This document shows, piece after piece, positions 1 to 9,500 of a stretch of 31,034 nt of DNA. Below the pieces are notes generated by a model. That model was not told where the DNA came from and did not search any database. It was given only the letters and a program-made list of their open reading frames with translations. This DNA comes from Chloroflexota bacterium. Its GTDB lineage: Bacteria; Chloroflexota; Anaerolineae; Promineifilales; Promineifilaceae. Position numbers and translations under genes: made by a program. Each line of letters begins with the position of its first letter. Position 1 is the first letter of the stretch. Location: NCBI GenBank assembly GCA_024278255.1, contig JAJRTP010000396.1:1-31034 (forward strand), written 5' to 3'.

Positions 1-254
1 TGATGACCGATCCTAAAATCATTTTGGTGGACGAACCGACGGCTGGCCTGGCCAAGCTGTTGTCGGCAGAGGTATACCGGATGCTAACCGATTTACGGGA
101 TGATGACGGGTTAACCATCTTGTTGGTAGACCAGGAAATCCGTCAGGCGCTGAAAATTTCCGATTATGTGTACGTGTTGGAGTTGGGGCGGAACAAGTAT
201 GAAGGCCCGGCTTCTGACTTCCATGATTTGGAGAAGGCGTTCTGGGTAGGGTGA
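1..254 (+). CDS. livF: Branched-chain amino acid ABC transporter ATP-binding subunit (LivF-like), 3' part only, cut by the window start
   Basis: Walker B/D-loop ILVDEPTAGLA and LivF-type switch LLVDQ...ALKISDYVYVLELG; stop TGA 252-254. Confidence 0.75.
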   Translation, partial: MTDPKIILVDEPTAGLAKLLSAEVYRMLTDLRDDDGLTILLVDQEIRQALKISDYVYVLELGRNKYEGPASDFHDLEKAFWVG

Positions 255-278
255 TGCCTGATGCGCAATACATAATGC
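251..278. repeat. Degenerate heptamer tandem repeat (GTGATGC CTGATGC GCAATAC ATAATGC) overlapping the livF stop
   Basis: Read directly; same unit family as 10049, 26756 and 29067. Confidence 0.5.
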
Positions 279-318
279 GTGGCCGACGTGCATCATATAT
301 TGTGAAAGAGAAATTTTC

Positions 319-1878
319 ATGCGTATTAAACTATTTTATCCCTTTATTTTTGCCGCCTTGTTGGGCGCCACCCTATTTATTATTTTCCGCCCGGCCCAGG
401 CCGCCCACAGCGACGGCGTCATCTACGTGGACGTTGGTGCGGTCGGTGCGGCCAGCGGCGTCTCCTGGACAGACGCCTATACCAACGTGCAGGACGCCCT
501 GGCTCACGCTGTCTCCAGCGACCAGATTTGGGTGGCCCAAGGCGTCTACTACCCGGACGAAGGCAGCGGCCAGACAAACAACAACCCCGTTTCCACCTTT
601 TCCTTGCAAAACGGCGTGACCATCTATGGTGGTTTTGTTGGGAGTGAAACGCAATTGAGCCAGCGCGATCCGGCAGCCAATGTTACCGTCCTTAGCGGCG
701 ACATTGATGGGAACGACAGCACCGACGCCAACGGTGTGGTGACCGATCCGGGCAACATCGCCGGCAATAACGCTTACCGCGTGGTTACCGGTAGCAGCAC
801 AGACAATACTGCCATTCTGGACGGCTTCACCGTCACCGCCGGGCAGGCAACCAACGTCAGCTACTCTAGCGGCGGCGGGATGTACAATAACAGCGGCAGC
901 CCGGTGCTAACCAACGTTACCTTCTCCGGTAATGAGGCCGGTGTCAGTGGCGGCGGGATGGACAGCAGCGGTAGCCCGGTGCTGTCCAACGTCACCTTCA
1001 TTAATAACGCCGTCGGTAACAGTGGCGGTGGGATGGCCAACAGCGGCAACCCGGTGCTGACCAACGTCACCTTCTCTGGCAATACGGCCGGTAACAGCGG
1101 TGGCGGGATGTACAACAGCAGCGGCAGTTCAGCGCTGACCAACGTCATTATTGCTAACAGCGCCAACGGTGACTGCGTGAATAGCGGTGGCGTATCCCTG
1201 AACCCCGCTTCCCAAAATAACCTGATCAAAGACAGCGGCGCTAACGCCTGCGGCCTGATATCCGACGTGAACGGCAACATCGTCGGCCAAGACCCCAACC
1301 TGGGGCCGCTCACCGACTACGGCGGCTCCGGCCGGCAAACCTTCCCCCTGCTGCCCGGCTCCCCGGCCATTGATGCCGGGACCAATACCGGCTGTCCGGC
1401 CGAAGACCAGCGGGGCGCGGCCCGGCCCATAAGCGCCGCCTGCGACATCGGCGCTTATGAGGCCGGTTACAGCCTGGCCGTTGCCAAAAGCGTGAACGAC
1501 GCCGCACCGGCGCCCGGCCAGACCATAACCTTCACCATCGTGGTCACCAGTACCGGCCCGGTAGTTTCTGGCTGGATCATCTCCGATACGCTGTCAACCG
1601 GGCTGAACTTTCTTGGCCCCATAACGCTGGACGACCCCTCCGGGACGGGTATTGCCGGCAGCGCGCCGCCGCTTCTGGCTGCCGGCCTTCTCCTGCCTTC
1701 CGGCAGCGCGGTCACTGTTACTTTCCCGGTCACCGTCTCCTATGGGCTGACCCAGGGAACTGTGTTGACCAACACGATGGCCGTTAGCGCTGCGCAGCTT
1801 GCCGCGCCTGTCACAGACGCGGTGGTTATTACGGTGCAGGAAACCAACATTTACCTGCCGTTGATACTCAGGCCGTAA
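319..1878 (+). CDS. Secreted beta-helix protein with choice-of-anchor Q region, DUF11-like domain and C-terminal YLPL tail
   Basis: N-terminal signal peptide; IYVD...SWTDAYTNVQDAL; GGGM..SGSPVL.NVTF repeats; PGSPAIDAG...DQRG...CDIGAYE; LAVAKSV...PGQTITFTIVV; ends NIYLPLILRP. Confidence 0.85.
   Translation: MRIKLFYPFIFAALLGATLFIIFRPAQAAHSDGVIYVDVGAVGAASGVSWTDAYTNVQDALAHAVSSDQIWVAQGVYYPDEGSGQTNNNPVSTFSLQNGVTIYGGFVGSETQLSQRDPAANVTVLSGDIDGNDSTDANGVVTDPGNIAGNNAYRVVTGSSTDNTAILDGFTVTAGQATNVSYSSGGGMYNNSGSPVLTNVTFSGNEAGVSGGGMDSSGSPVLSNVTFINNAVGNSGGGMANSGNPVLTNVTFSGNTAGNSGGGMYNSSGSSALTNVIIANSANGDCVNSGGVSLNPASQNNLIKDSGANACGLISDVNGNIVGQDPNLGPLTDYGGSGRQTFPLLPGSPAIDAGTNTGCPAEDQRGAARPISAACDIGAYEAGYSLAVAKSVNDAAPAPGQTITFTIVVTSTGPVVSGWIISDTLSTGLNFLGPITLDDPSGTGIAGSAPPLLAAGLLLPSGSAVTVTFPVTVSYGLTQGTVLTNTMAVSAAQLAAPVTDAVVITVQETNIYLPLILRP
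871..1146 (+). repeat. Intragenic coding tandem repeat, about 3.5 units of 75-78 bp (beta-helix rungs)
   Basis: Units start at 871, 949, 1024 and 1099, each GG(C/T)GG(C/T)GGGATG...AACGT. Confidence 0.85.
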
Positions 1879-1918
1879 CGGCACACAATACGTTTACACA
1901 TCGTGTTTCACGAGGGGG

Positions 1919-1957
1919 CGCCCAGGCAGAGGCGACGGCTGTGGCTTTGCCTGGGCG
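1919..1957 (+). terminator. GC-rich hairpin, possible terminator or processing stem
   Basis: CGCCCAGGCAGAG (1919-1931) pairs with CTTTGCCTGGGCG (1945-1957) with one G-U; no U-tract. Confidence 0.45.
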
Positions 1958-2025
1958 GGACGTCGGATTAGGATGAGGATAACGTGGTGTGTGTTGGTTA
2001 CTTATCGCGCATCACATCAAAAGTT

Positions 2026-3357
2026 ATGGCGCTATCAAAAAGTGTTCCCGAATTTACGTCGCCGGCGTTTGCCCGCGATATTGTTTTATCCCCTACACTG
2101 CGCATCAATGAGCGGGTGAAGGCGTTGTGGGCAGCGGGGGAGACGGTGTACCATTTTGGCTTTGGCGAGTCGCGCTTTCCGGTGCATCCCAAATTACAGG
2201 CGGCGTTGGCGGCCAATGCCCACCGCAAGGGATATTTGCCGGTGCAGGGTTTGGCGGAACTGCGGGAAGCGATTGCGGCGTATGACGGCCGTATCCACCA
2301 CACCCCCATTTCCCCAGATCAAGTCATCGTTGGGCCGGGCAGCAAAGCCCTGATTTATGCTTTGCAGATGGCCCTGGCGGGGGATTTACTTTTGCCGACG
2401 CCGTCCTGGGTGAGTTATGCGCCGCAGGCGAAGCTGCTGGGCAAGCCGGTGCATTTTGTGCGGGGGACGGCCGTAAACGGCTACCAACTCACCATCGAAG
2501 CCCTGGATGGAGCAGTGCGGCAGGCGCAGAGTGAGACAAAAATATTGCTCATCAACAGTCCCAACAATCCGGCCGGCTACATGTTTGCCTCAGACTTTTT
2601 GCAGGAACTAGCCGATTACTGCCGCCAAAACCGGATTGTGGTGATCAGTGATGAGATTTACGCCAGAGTAGAACACGGTTTCACGCCGCACATCTCTCTG
2701 GCTGAGTTTTACCCGGAAGGGACGATTGTGGTGGGCGGCTTGAGCAAGCATCTCTCGTTGGGTGGCTGGCGGTTGGGGAAGGCGATTATTCCTAAAGAGC
2801 AGACCGCCTTGATGCCCGCTTTACGGACGATTGCCAGTGAAATCTGGTCTACAGCGACAGGACCGGTACAGTATACGGCCGTAACCGCCTACAGCAACGA
2901 CCCCGAAATTGAAGCCTACATTACCGAATGCACTCAAATTCACGCCGCCCGTACCCAACACATCTGGGGCATGTTTGACGAATTAGGCATGACTTGTCCC
3001 CAGCCCCAGGGCGGCTTTTATTTGATCCCCAACTTTGACCGCTGGCGGGAACCGTTGGCCCGGCGTGGCGTCCATACCTCAGAGGCGTTGGCCCATTACC
3101 TGTTGGAGGAGTATCATATCGCTTCCTTACCCGGCACTGCTTTTGGTGTACCCGCCGCAGAGATGTCTTTGCGTATAGCCACCAGCTATGTGGATATGGA
3201 AACAGATGAAGCAGCAGCCAACGTCCTGACTGCCTGGCGGCAAACACCGGACAAAGATGAGTTTATCAGCCAACACCAACCGAAAATGGCGCAGGCGCTG
3301 GAGCAATTTCGCAAGTTTATTTCTGATCTTGAGACCACGGATGGCAACGGATTTTGA
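2026..3357 (+). CDS. PLP-dependent aminotransferase, class I/II (AspC-like)
   Basis: INSPNNPAG, VISDEIY, GGLSK(H) PLP lysine and GWRLG motifs; ATG 2026 preferred over GTG 1984. Confidence 0.9.
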   Translation: MALSKSVPEFTSPAFARDIVLSPTLRINERVKALWAAGETVYHFGFGESRFPVHPKLQAALAANAHRKGYLPVQGLAELREAIAAYDGRIHHTPISPDQVIVGPGSKALIYALQMALAGDLLLPTPSWVSYAPQAKLLGKPVHFVRGTAVNGYQLTIEALDGAVRQAQSETKILLINSPNNPAGYMFASDFLQELADYCRQNRIVVISDEIYARVEHGFTPHISLAEFYPEGTIVVGGLSKHLSLGGWRLGKAIIPKEQTALMPALRTIASEIWSTATGPVQYTAVTAYSNDPEIEAYITECTQIHAARTQHIWGMFDELGMTCPQPQGGFYLIPNFDRWREPLARRGVHTSEALAHYLLEEYHIASLPGTAFGVPAAEMSLRIATSYVDMETDEAAANVLTAWRQTPDKDEFISQHQPKMAQALEQFRKFISDLETTDGNGF

Positions 3358-3414
3358 TCGATCAACACGGATTTTTAATCTGTGAAAATCCATGTATCTG
3401 TGCCCATCCGTGGT
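3334..3414. repeat. ACGGAT-type inverted-repeat element (REPIN/MITE-like)
   Basis: 11-bp terminal IR ACCACGGATGG (3334-3344) / CCATCCGTGGT (3404-3414) enclosing further ACGGAT/ATC(C/T)GTG units; contains the aminotransferase stop. Confidence 0.7.
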
Positions 3415-3427
3415 TCCCCATTACACC

Positions 3428-4270
3428 ATGATTGACATACGTCCCATCACAACTATAGAAGAAGCGCGGCACATTGAGCAGATTATTCAGGCAGCCTGGG
3501 GAGCCGACTGCCATATGGCTATACCGGACCACCTGACGATCACGATTGCGCGGGAAAATGGCGGGGTGGTTTTGCTGGCCTGGGATGGAGAGCGGCTGGT
3601 GGGATTTTGCCTGGGTTTCCTGTCTTATGTGGAAACGGATGGGGAAAAGCGGCTGAAGCATTGTTCCCACATGGCGGGGGTGATTCCTGAATATCGCGGC
3701 CGCCGGGTGGGGGAGATGATTAAGTGGGCGCAGCGGGATGCGGTGCTGGCGTTGGGCATTGACCACATCACCTGGACGTATGATCCGCTGGAAACGCTGA
3801 ACGGCCGTCTCAATATCCACAAGTTAGGCGCAGTTTGTAACACGTACAAACGAAATATCTATGGCGACGGCCGTGACAGCCTCAATTGGGGCGTGCCGAC
3901 AGATCGTTTCCAGGTGGATTGGTGGCTGGCTTCGGAGCGGGTGCGGGCGCATCGGGCGGGGACGCAGCAGCATTTGTCTTTTGCCGAGTGGCGGGCGCAG
4001 GGGGTGGCGGTGGTGAATGAGGTTACGGCCGTAGACAACATCTGGCATCCCGGCGAGGTTGACGACAAGCTGTTTGCCGCACAACGGCTGCTGGTTGCCG
4101 TGCCCCGCGATTACCAGCAGGTGAAAAAAGCCAGCGTGGAATTGGGCCTGACCTGGCGGCTGTATTCACGGGACATCTTTGAACGCGCTTTTGCCCGGGG
4201 TTTCGCTGTTACCGATTTATTGGTGACAGACTCTTTGTGCTATTACTTGCTGGAAAAATCTGCCCTGTAA
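3428..4270 (+). CDS. GNAT superfamily N-acetyltransferase (COG3375-like)
   Basis: SHMAGV.PEYRGRRVG acetyl-CoA motif; ITWTYDPLETLNGRLNIHKLGA...NIYG and TDRFQVDWWL typical of this family; ATG 3428 preferred. Confidence 0.85.
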   Translation: MIDIRPITTIEEARHIEQIIQAAWGADCHMAIPDHLTITIARENGGVVLLAWDGERLVGFCLGFLSYVETDGEKRLKHCSHMAGVIPEYRGRRVGEMIKWAQRDAVLALGIDHITWTYDPLETLNGRLNIHKLGAVCNTYKRNIYGDGRDSLNWGVPTDRFQVDWWLASERVRAHRAGTQQHLSFAEWRAQGVAVVNEVTAVDNIWHPGEVDDKLFAAQRLLVAVPRDYQQVKKASVELGLTWRLYSRDIFERAFARGFAVTDLLVTDSLCYYLLEKSAL

Positions 4271-4281
4271 ATAAAGGTCAT

Positions 4282-4302
4282 ATCTGTTCCTTTCTTCATC
4301 TG
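4282..4302. repeat. Dispersed repeat, exact reverse complement of 27385-27405
   Basis: ATCTGTTCCTTTCTTCATCTG vs CAGATGAAGAAAGGAACAGAT, 21/21 match. Confidence 0.8.
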
Positions 4303-4409
4303 TTGTAATCTTGCTTTACCCGTAAGATTCCTCACATTCATCCCCGACATTTGCGTTAAGGTAAGCCCGGAAACGAGCTAAGAAAACGTTAAGAGTGAAG
4401 CCGGACTGA

Positions 4410-4437
4410 TTGGTAACCGACCTGAATCCGTTATAAT
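4410..4437 (+). promoter_or_regulatory. Putative sigma70-type promoter
   Basis: TTGGTA (4410-4415), 16-bp spacer, TATAAT (4432-4437), 40 bp upstream of ATG 4478. Confidence 0.4.
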
Positions 4438-4477
4438 GCGGCAGTCGGGCAGGGTATGCTTGGCCGCAAGTGGTGAC

Positions 4478-5815
4478 ATGGTGCGTAAACGACTGTTCAT
4501 TTTAGCTTTTCTGCTCCTGGTTGTGGTGGCGGCGATTTTGGCGATGCCCATGGCCTTGCGAGCCATCCCGCCCCGGTATGCAGCCCGGTTTTTGCCCAAA
4601 CCGCTGCTGGCCCTGACTGTACCGGAGCAGGAATCGCCTATTTTACCGACGGTAGCTAAACCGGCCGATGCCAGCTTTTTGCTTGAACCAAAAGTGACGG
4701 CTATGGTCGTAGCCGTCCTCCCCCCCACATTTACCCCGCCGCCTACGGCCGTATCCGATGAGATTGTGGTTGAAGCAACGGCCGTACCCACCATTCCGCC
4801 TACGCAAATCCCTGTGCCTACCCCCACACTCATTCCCTTTCCCCCCGCTGCTCGCATCCAGAACGTGCGCCACGAATTTCAGGAATGGAATAACTGCGGC
4901 CCGGCCACATTAGCCATGACCCTGAGCGTGTTCGACCTCAATTTAACGCAAAAAGACACCGCTCCCATCCTCAAGCCCAACCCCGAAGACCGCAATGTCA
5001 GCCCCCATGAAATGGCCGCTTTTGTCAACGAGCGCACCGATTTCCAGGCCTTGTTCCGGGTAGACGGACAGGCGGACACGGTGAAACGGCTGGTGTCTAA
5101 CGGCATTCCCGTCATCCTGGAAATTGGCATTGAGCCGCCGGGCGAGTTCCGCTGGATGGGCTGGTACGGCCATTACATGCTGGTGGTGGCCTATGACGAT
5201 GCTCAGGAGCAGTTCTGGATTTATGATTCCTGGCTGGGCACAAGTGAAGTGCCGCTGGCAAATGCCGGGCCAGACGGCCGTATCCTCACCTACGAAACAT
5301 TGGCACGGGACTGGCCCCACTTCAATCGCAACTACATCGCCGTCTACCGCCCGGAACAGGCCCAACTGGTAGCCGACATCATCGGCCCGGATATGGATGA
5401 TGCAGTCATGTGGGCCAACGCTTTGGAAACTTCCCGCCAGAATGCAGCGGCTGATCCGGAAAATGCTTTTTACTGGTTCAATCTGGGGACGGCTTACAAC
5501 GCTTTGGGCGATTATGAATCGGCTGCTGCCGCTTTTGACCAGGCGCGGGCCATTGGCCTGCCCTGGCGCATGTTGTGGTATCAATTTGGCCCGTATGAAG
5601 CGTATTACCAGGCCGGCCGCTACGAAGATGTGATTTTGCTGGCCGATACGACCTTAAAAGACCGGCCCTATTTTGAAGAATCTTTCTACTACAAAGGGCT
5701 GGCCCAGGCCGCTTTAGGCGATGCTAAAGCAGCCCGCAAAAGCCTGGAAAAAGCCGCCGATTTGAACCCGAATTTTGCCCCTGCCGCCCGCGCCCTGGCC
5801 CAAATGGAAAATTAA
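4478..5815 (+). CDS. Membrane-anchored C39-like cysteine peptidase with C-terminal TPR repeats
   Basis: N-terminal TM helix; P/T-rich linker; QEWNNCGPATLAM (Cys), GHYMLVVAYD (His), IYDS (Asp); TPRs such as YWFNLGTAYNALGDYESAAAAFDQA. Confidence 0.85.
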   Translation: MVRKRLFILAFLLLVVVAAILAMPMALRAIPPRYAARFLPKPLLALTVPEQESPILPTVAKPADASFLLEPKVTAMVVAVLPPTFTPPPTAVSDEIVVEATAVPTIPPTQIPVPTPTLIPFPPAARIQNVRHEFQEWNNCGPATLAMTLSVFDLNLTQKDTAPILKPNPEDRNVSPHEMAAFVNERTDFQALFRVDGQADTVKRLVSNGIPVILEIGIEPPGEFRWMGWYGHYMLVVAYDDAQEQFWIYDSWLGTSEVPLANAGPDGRILTYETLARDWPHFNRNYIAVYRPEQAQLVADIIGPDMDDAVMWANALETSRQNAAADPENAFYWFNLGTAYNALGDYESAAAAFDQARAIGLPWRMLWYQFGPYEAYYQAGRYEDVILLADTTLKDRPYFEESFYYKGLAQAALGDAKAARKSLEKAADLNPNFAPAARALAQMEN

Positions 5816-5858
5816 CGTATTACAAGCGCGGTAAATGGCAATTGGATTGTTGCGCCAA

Positions 5859-5889
5859 GATTGGTTCAATCTCGAAGATTGAATCAATC
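5859..5889. repeat. Palindromic REP-like element, family B, copy 1
   Basis: GATTGGTTCAATCT-CGA-AGATTGAATCAATC, 14-bp arms with 1 mismatch; second copy at 15431. Confidence 0.8.
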
Positions 5890-5906
5890 TGAAAACGTCA
5901 ATCTCT

Positions 5907-6479
5907 GTGAAATATTTAGCCTTGATTCGCCACGCAGCGGTGCAGATTGAGCCGGATGTTCCGGCGGCCGAATGGCAGCTATCGGCAAACGGCCGTACCC
6001 TGACCCGCCAACTAGCCCCCCAACTCATCCCCTATCGCCTGAACCGTATTGTAACCAGCGTAGAACCAAAAGCGGTTGAAACCGGGCGGATTCTGGCTGA
6101 GGAATTGGGCCTGCCCTGGCAAACGGCCGTCAACCTGCATGAACATGACCGGCAAGGCGTACCGTACTTTGGGCGACATGAAGATTTTGTCACGGCCGTC
6201 ACCCGCTTCTTCACCCAGCCTGATGAACTGGTATTTGGCCGGGAAACGGCCGTACAAGCCAGAGATCGTTTTGTTACGGCCGTGAATCGCCAACTAATCG
6301 CCCATCCCCAGGAAAATCTCGCCCTCGTCGCCCACGGTACGGTCATCACCCTCTACCTTTGCCACACCAACCCGGATATAGACCCCGTCACATTTTGGCA
6401 AAAACTGGCAGACCCTGCCGCCTTCATCCTCTCCCTGCCGCAGAATAACCTCAAACACAGCCTGCCCACTGCCCACTGA
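5907..6479 (+). CDS. Histidine phosphatase (phosphoglycerate mutase-like) family protein
   Basis: LIRHA at the N-terminus, TSVEPKAVETG, LHEH and LVAHG motifs; GTG start. Confidence 0.85.
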   Translation: MKYLALIRHAAVQIEPDVPAAEWQLSANGRTLTRQLAPQLIPYRLNRIVTSVEPKAVETGRILAEELGLPWQTAVNLHEHDRQGVPYFGRHEDFVTAVTRFFTQPDELVFGRETAVQARDRFVTAVNRQLIAHPQENLALVAHGTVITLYLCHTNPDIDPVTFWQKLADPAAFILSLPQNNLKHSLPTAH

Positions 6480-6510
6480 AAACTGAAAACTGCCCACTGA
6501 AAACTGAAAC
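6462..6510. repeat. Heptamer tandem array, 7 units of CTGCCCA / CTGAAAA
   Basis: Units at 6462, 6469, 6476, 6483, 6490, 6497 and 6504; contains stop TGA 6477-6479. Confidence 0.9.
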
Positions 6511-6591
6511 TTTACAGCATTCCCCAAATCATAGATAATGACTTTGCGCCATGAAGTTATTTAAGAGAGTCACCGAATCCCGGAGCGGGGT

Positions 6592-9500
6592 GTGGAACTG
6601 CTCCCAATTGATGTTGGCAGAGTGGACTTGAACCTACGAAACAAACTCGTTTACGGCCTATTTTATTGGGGGCCGGCCAAATTTCTAGAAGCCTACCAGC
6701 GTTTGCTCAAACTGGTGGGCAAAGACCCCGCATCTTCCTTCCCGGAAGGTACCTGGCAGTTTTACGTGGGGTATGCGCTGCGGGACGATACGGCGCGGCA
6801 CACCTGCGAAACGCGCGGCTTTGATACCACCCTGCACCAGTACGATATCCGGCTTTCAGCAGTAGACCGGGTGACAGCCTGGACGATGGCCGCTATTTAC
6901 GCTTTGCACCAATACGATGATTTGCTGGCGAATGAGTGGCGGGAGCGGGTTTACACCCACACCTTGCATCAGGTAGCTGTCGAATACCGGCACAAAGACG
7001 CGCCCTATTACGCCCGGCTTTACCGGCTGTGGGAGAGTAAACGGCCGTATCTCCGCCGCCGCGATGCCCATCTGGATGAAGACTTCCCTAGCTACCGCCG
7101 CCGCAAATTTGACGAGTTTATGGCCGTCGCCACTGAGGGGCTGCCCAAACCCCTGGTGGCTGAATGGCGCAGCCGCCTAGAAACCGCCCAGGCTGAAGAG
7201 CTGCCCGCTTACCAACGGCAAATGCGCATCCGGGCTTACCTGGAGCCGACCATTTACGGCGAAATCCGCAAGCCGGTTCCTTTGGAGCAGGTGCGTGTCG
7301 GCGTCATCTATGAGGGACATTACTATTTGCTGCCTATCTGCGCCGGGCAGGGGCGGCTGCCGGTGGACGTGGGCGTGGTGCGGGCGCAGATAGCGGCGCT
7401 CATGGCCTGGCCGGCTGAGAAAACGGCCGTCTCCCTGACCGCAATAGCTACTGTGCGGCGGAGTGCTTTTCCTGATTTGATCCAGTCCCTCAGCCCGGTG
7501 CTGCGTCAGGAATTGGACAACTTGCACCAGGCGCCCATCTGGATAAACACCGATCAGCAGCCAGCGCAACAGCCCTTGTCCGTCATCCGGCAGGGGGAGC
7601 GGGGGATTGGCGATCATCCCCTGACGATTTTTGATACGGGCGAATCGTTTGTCTTTGATTTGTCGCACATTTTCTTCGATGGCATCTGGGGCGTGTCGCT
7701 GGCGGAGATTTTGACGAATGAGGCGCTCTCCTGGGCGGTTTATTTGCATTCGCTGCCCACGGCCGTACCGGGGCGACACCGGCCGTATTCGCCAGCCTTT
7801 TCCTTCCGGCCCGGCGATGCAGAATTGGTGGCCCAAGCCAACCATGTAGCTCAGGAAGCCAGCGCAGAAACGGCCGCCGTAGATTTGCCCGCCCTTTTGT
7901 CTTTGCGGCAAAGCGGCAAGGAAGAGGCAGCCTTGCAGCACATCACTGTGAATGATTGGCTGGTGTTGTATCGGGCGATTCATACGGCCGTTTACCAGCT
8001 ATCCCCCGCCCTGCAAGCCGAACTGGAAGCTTTGCGCCGTGACGAGAAAACACGCCCCGCCGCTGAAACCGCTCTGACCGTCCTCCACGACGACCAAACC
8101 AGTAATCCGGCCATCCTCATTCCCGTAGACGCCAGCCGCCAATCCCCGCGCGACCGCGTTTACCCCTTGACCTTTGAAGTGCCCCTGCTCAATCTGGAGT
8201 TGATTAAGCTGTATCAACAGGCGTTGGCGGCGGAAAAAGCTTATGAACGCGGCGCGCCGAACCGGCCTCATGCCTACGCCCAATTTGCCAAAGCACGCCA
8301 GGCTTATTTGGCCCGCTTGCAGGCGTTTGGCGAGGAACTGCACCGGCAAAAACAGCGGGCCATGCAGGGGGAAACGATGAGCGTAGGCACGATTCGTCTG
8401 TTGGCCCACGTACCCATCCCCGTGCAGCGTTTGTTGGATGGTATTCCCGGTCTGTTTGACTCGCTGAACGATTTGATCAAGGGGCGGGAGGTGTTTTCCA
8501 ATGTGGGCTGGGTGATGCCGTCCAGCACGCTGACTCGTTTTATGACGGCGAAGGATGACAACGAGAAGAAGGAGATGGCCTGGGGGGTGATGACTGATGC
8601 GCCGGGAGTGATGCGCCTTACTTTGCGGGATTTTCGGCCGCACGTGGCCCAGTTAACGGCCGTCGGCCGGCACGATTTGGCGCAGCGTCTGGCGGCCGAT
8701 CAACTGGAAGCGTATGCCACCGATTTGAACCAGTTTGTGCGGGAATTGCAAAAGATACTGGACGGGGTGACTGAGCCGGCCGCGGCGGCGGAAGAAATGA
8801 CGCCGGGCCGGGCTGTACCAGAAAAGCGGTACAAACGGCCGTATCCCTTAATACCGGCGGCAGTGATTCGGGCGCAGGAAAAGCAGCCGGTTTTGGCCGA
8901 ACAGCCGTTGACAGAACAGGCCGAGAGCAGCAGCGCCTGGGGTTGTTTTGCCTTGTTTCTCTTTGCGGTTGTGATGTTGGTTGTCTTTTTTATCGGCGGT
9001 CTTTTTTACGTGGCGGTGCAGATACGGCCGTATGATGAACTGGTTGTTATTGCCCGCCAGGTGGCTGCTACTGGGGGCTTGAACCAGCCGGAGGAGACAC
9101 CCACTGCCGCGCCTGCCATAAGGCCTATACCCACCTTTACCCTATCACCCACCATGGCTCCTACCCAGACGCCCCGGCCCAGCAGGACGTCATCCCCGAC
9201 GGTGACGGCCGTTGTACAGCCCATCGCCACTGCCACGGTGCGGCCATCACCTACGTTGATGCCTACGGCCGTCCTCACCATCACCCGGCCGGCAGACGAG
9301 ATGCCGATGGCCCTGATTGCTGCCACGACTTTTCAGATGGGGGCGTATGCGGCCGACGAGTTGGCGCAGGCGGATGAGCGTTCGTTGCATGAGGTGCGGG
9401 TGGACAGCTACGCTATTGATTTGTATGAAGTGAGTGTGGCCCAATACGCTGCCTTCCTCAATACGCTGGGCAGTTATGTGGGCACGTGCCAGGGGTACAC

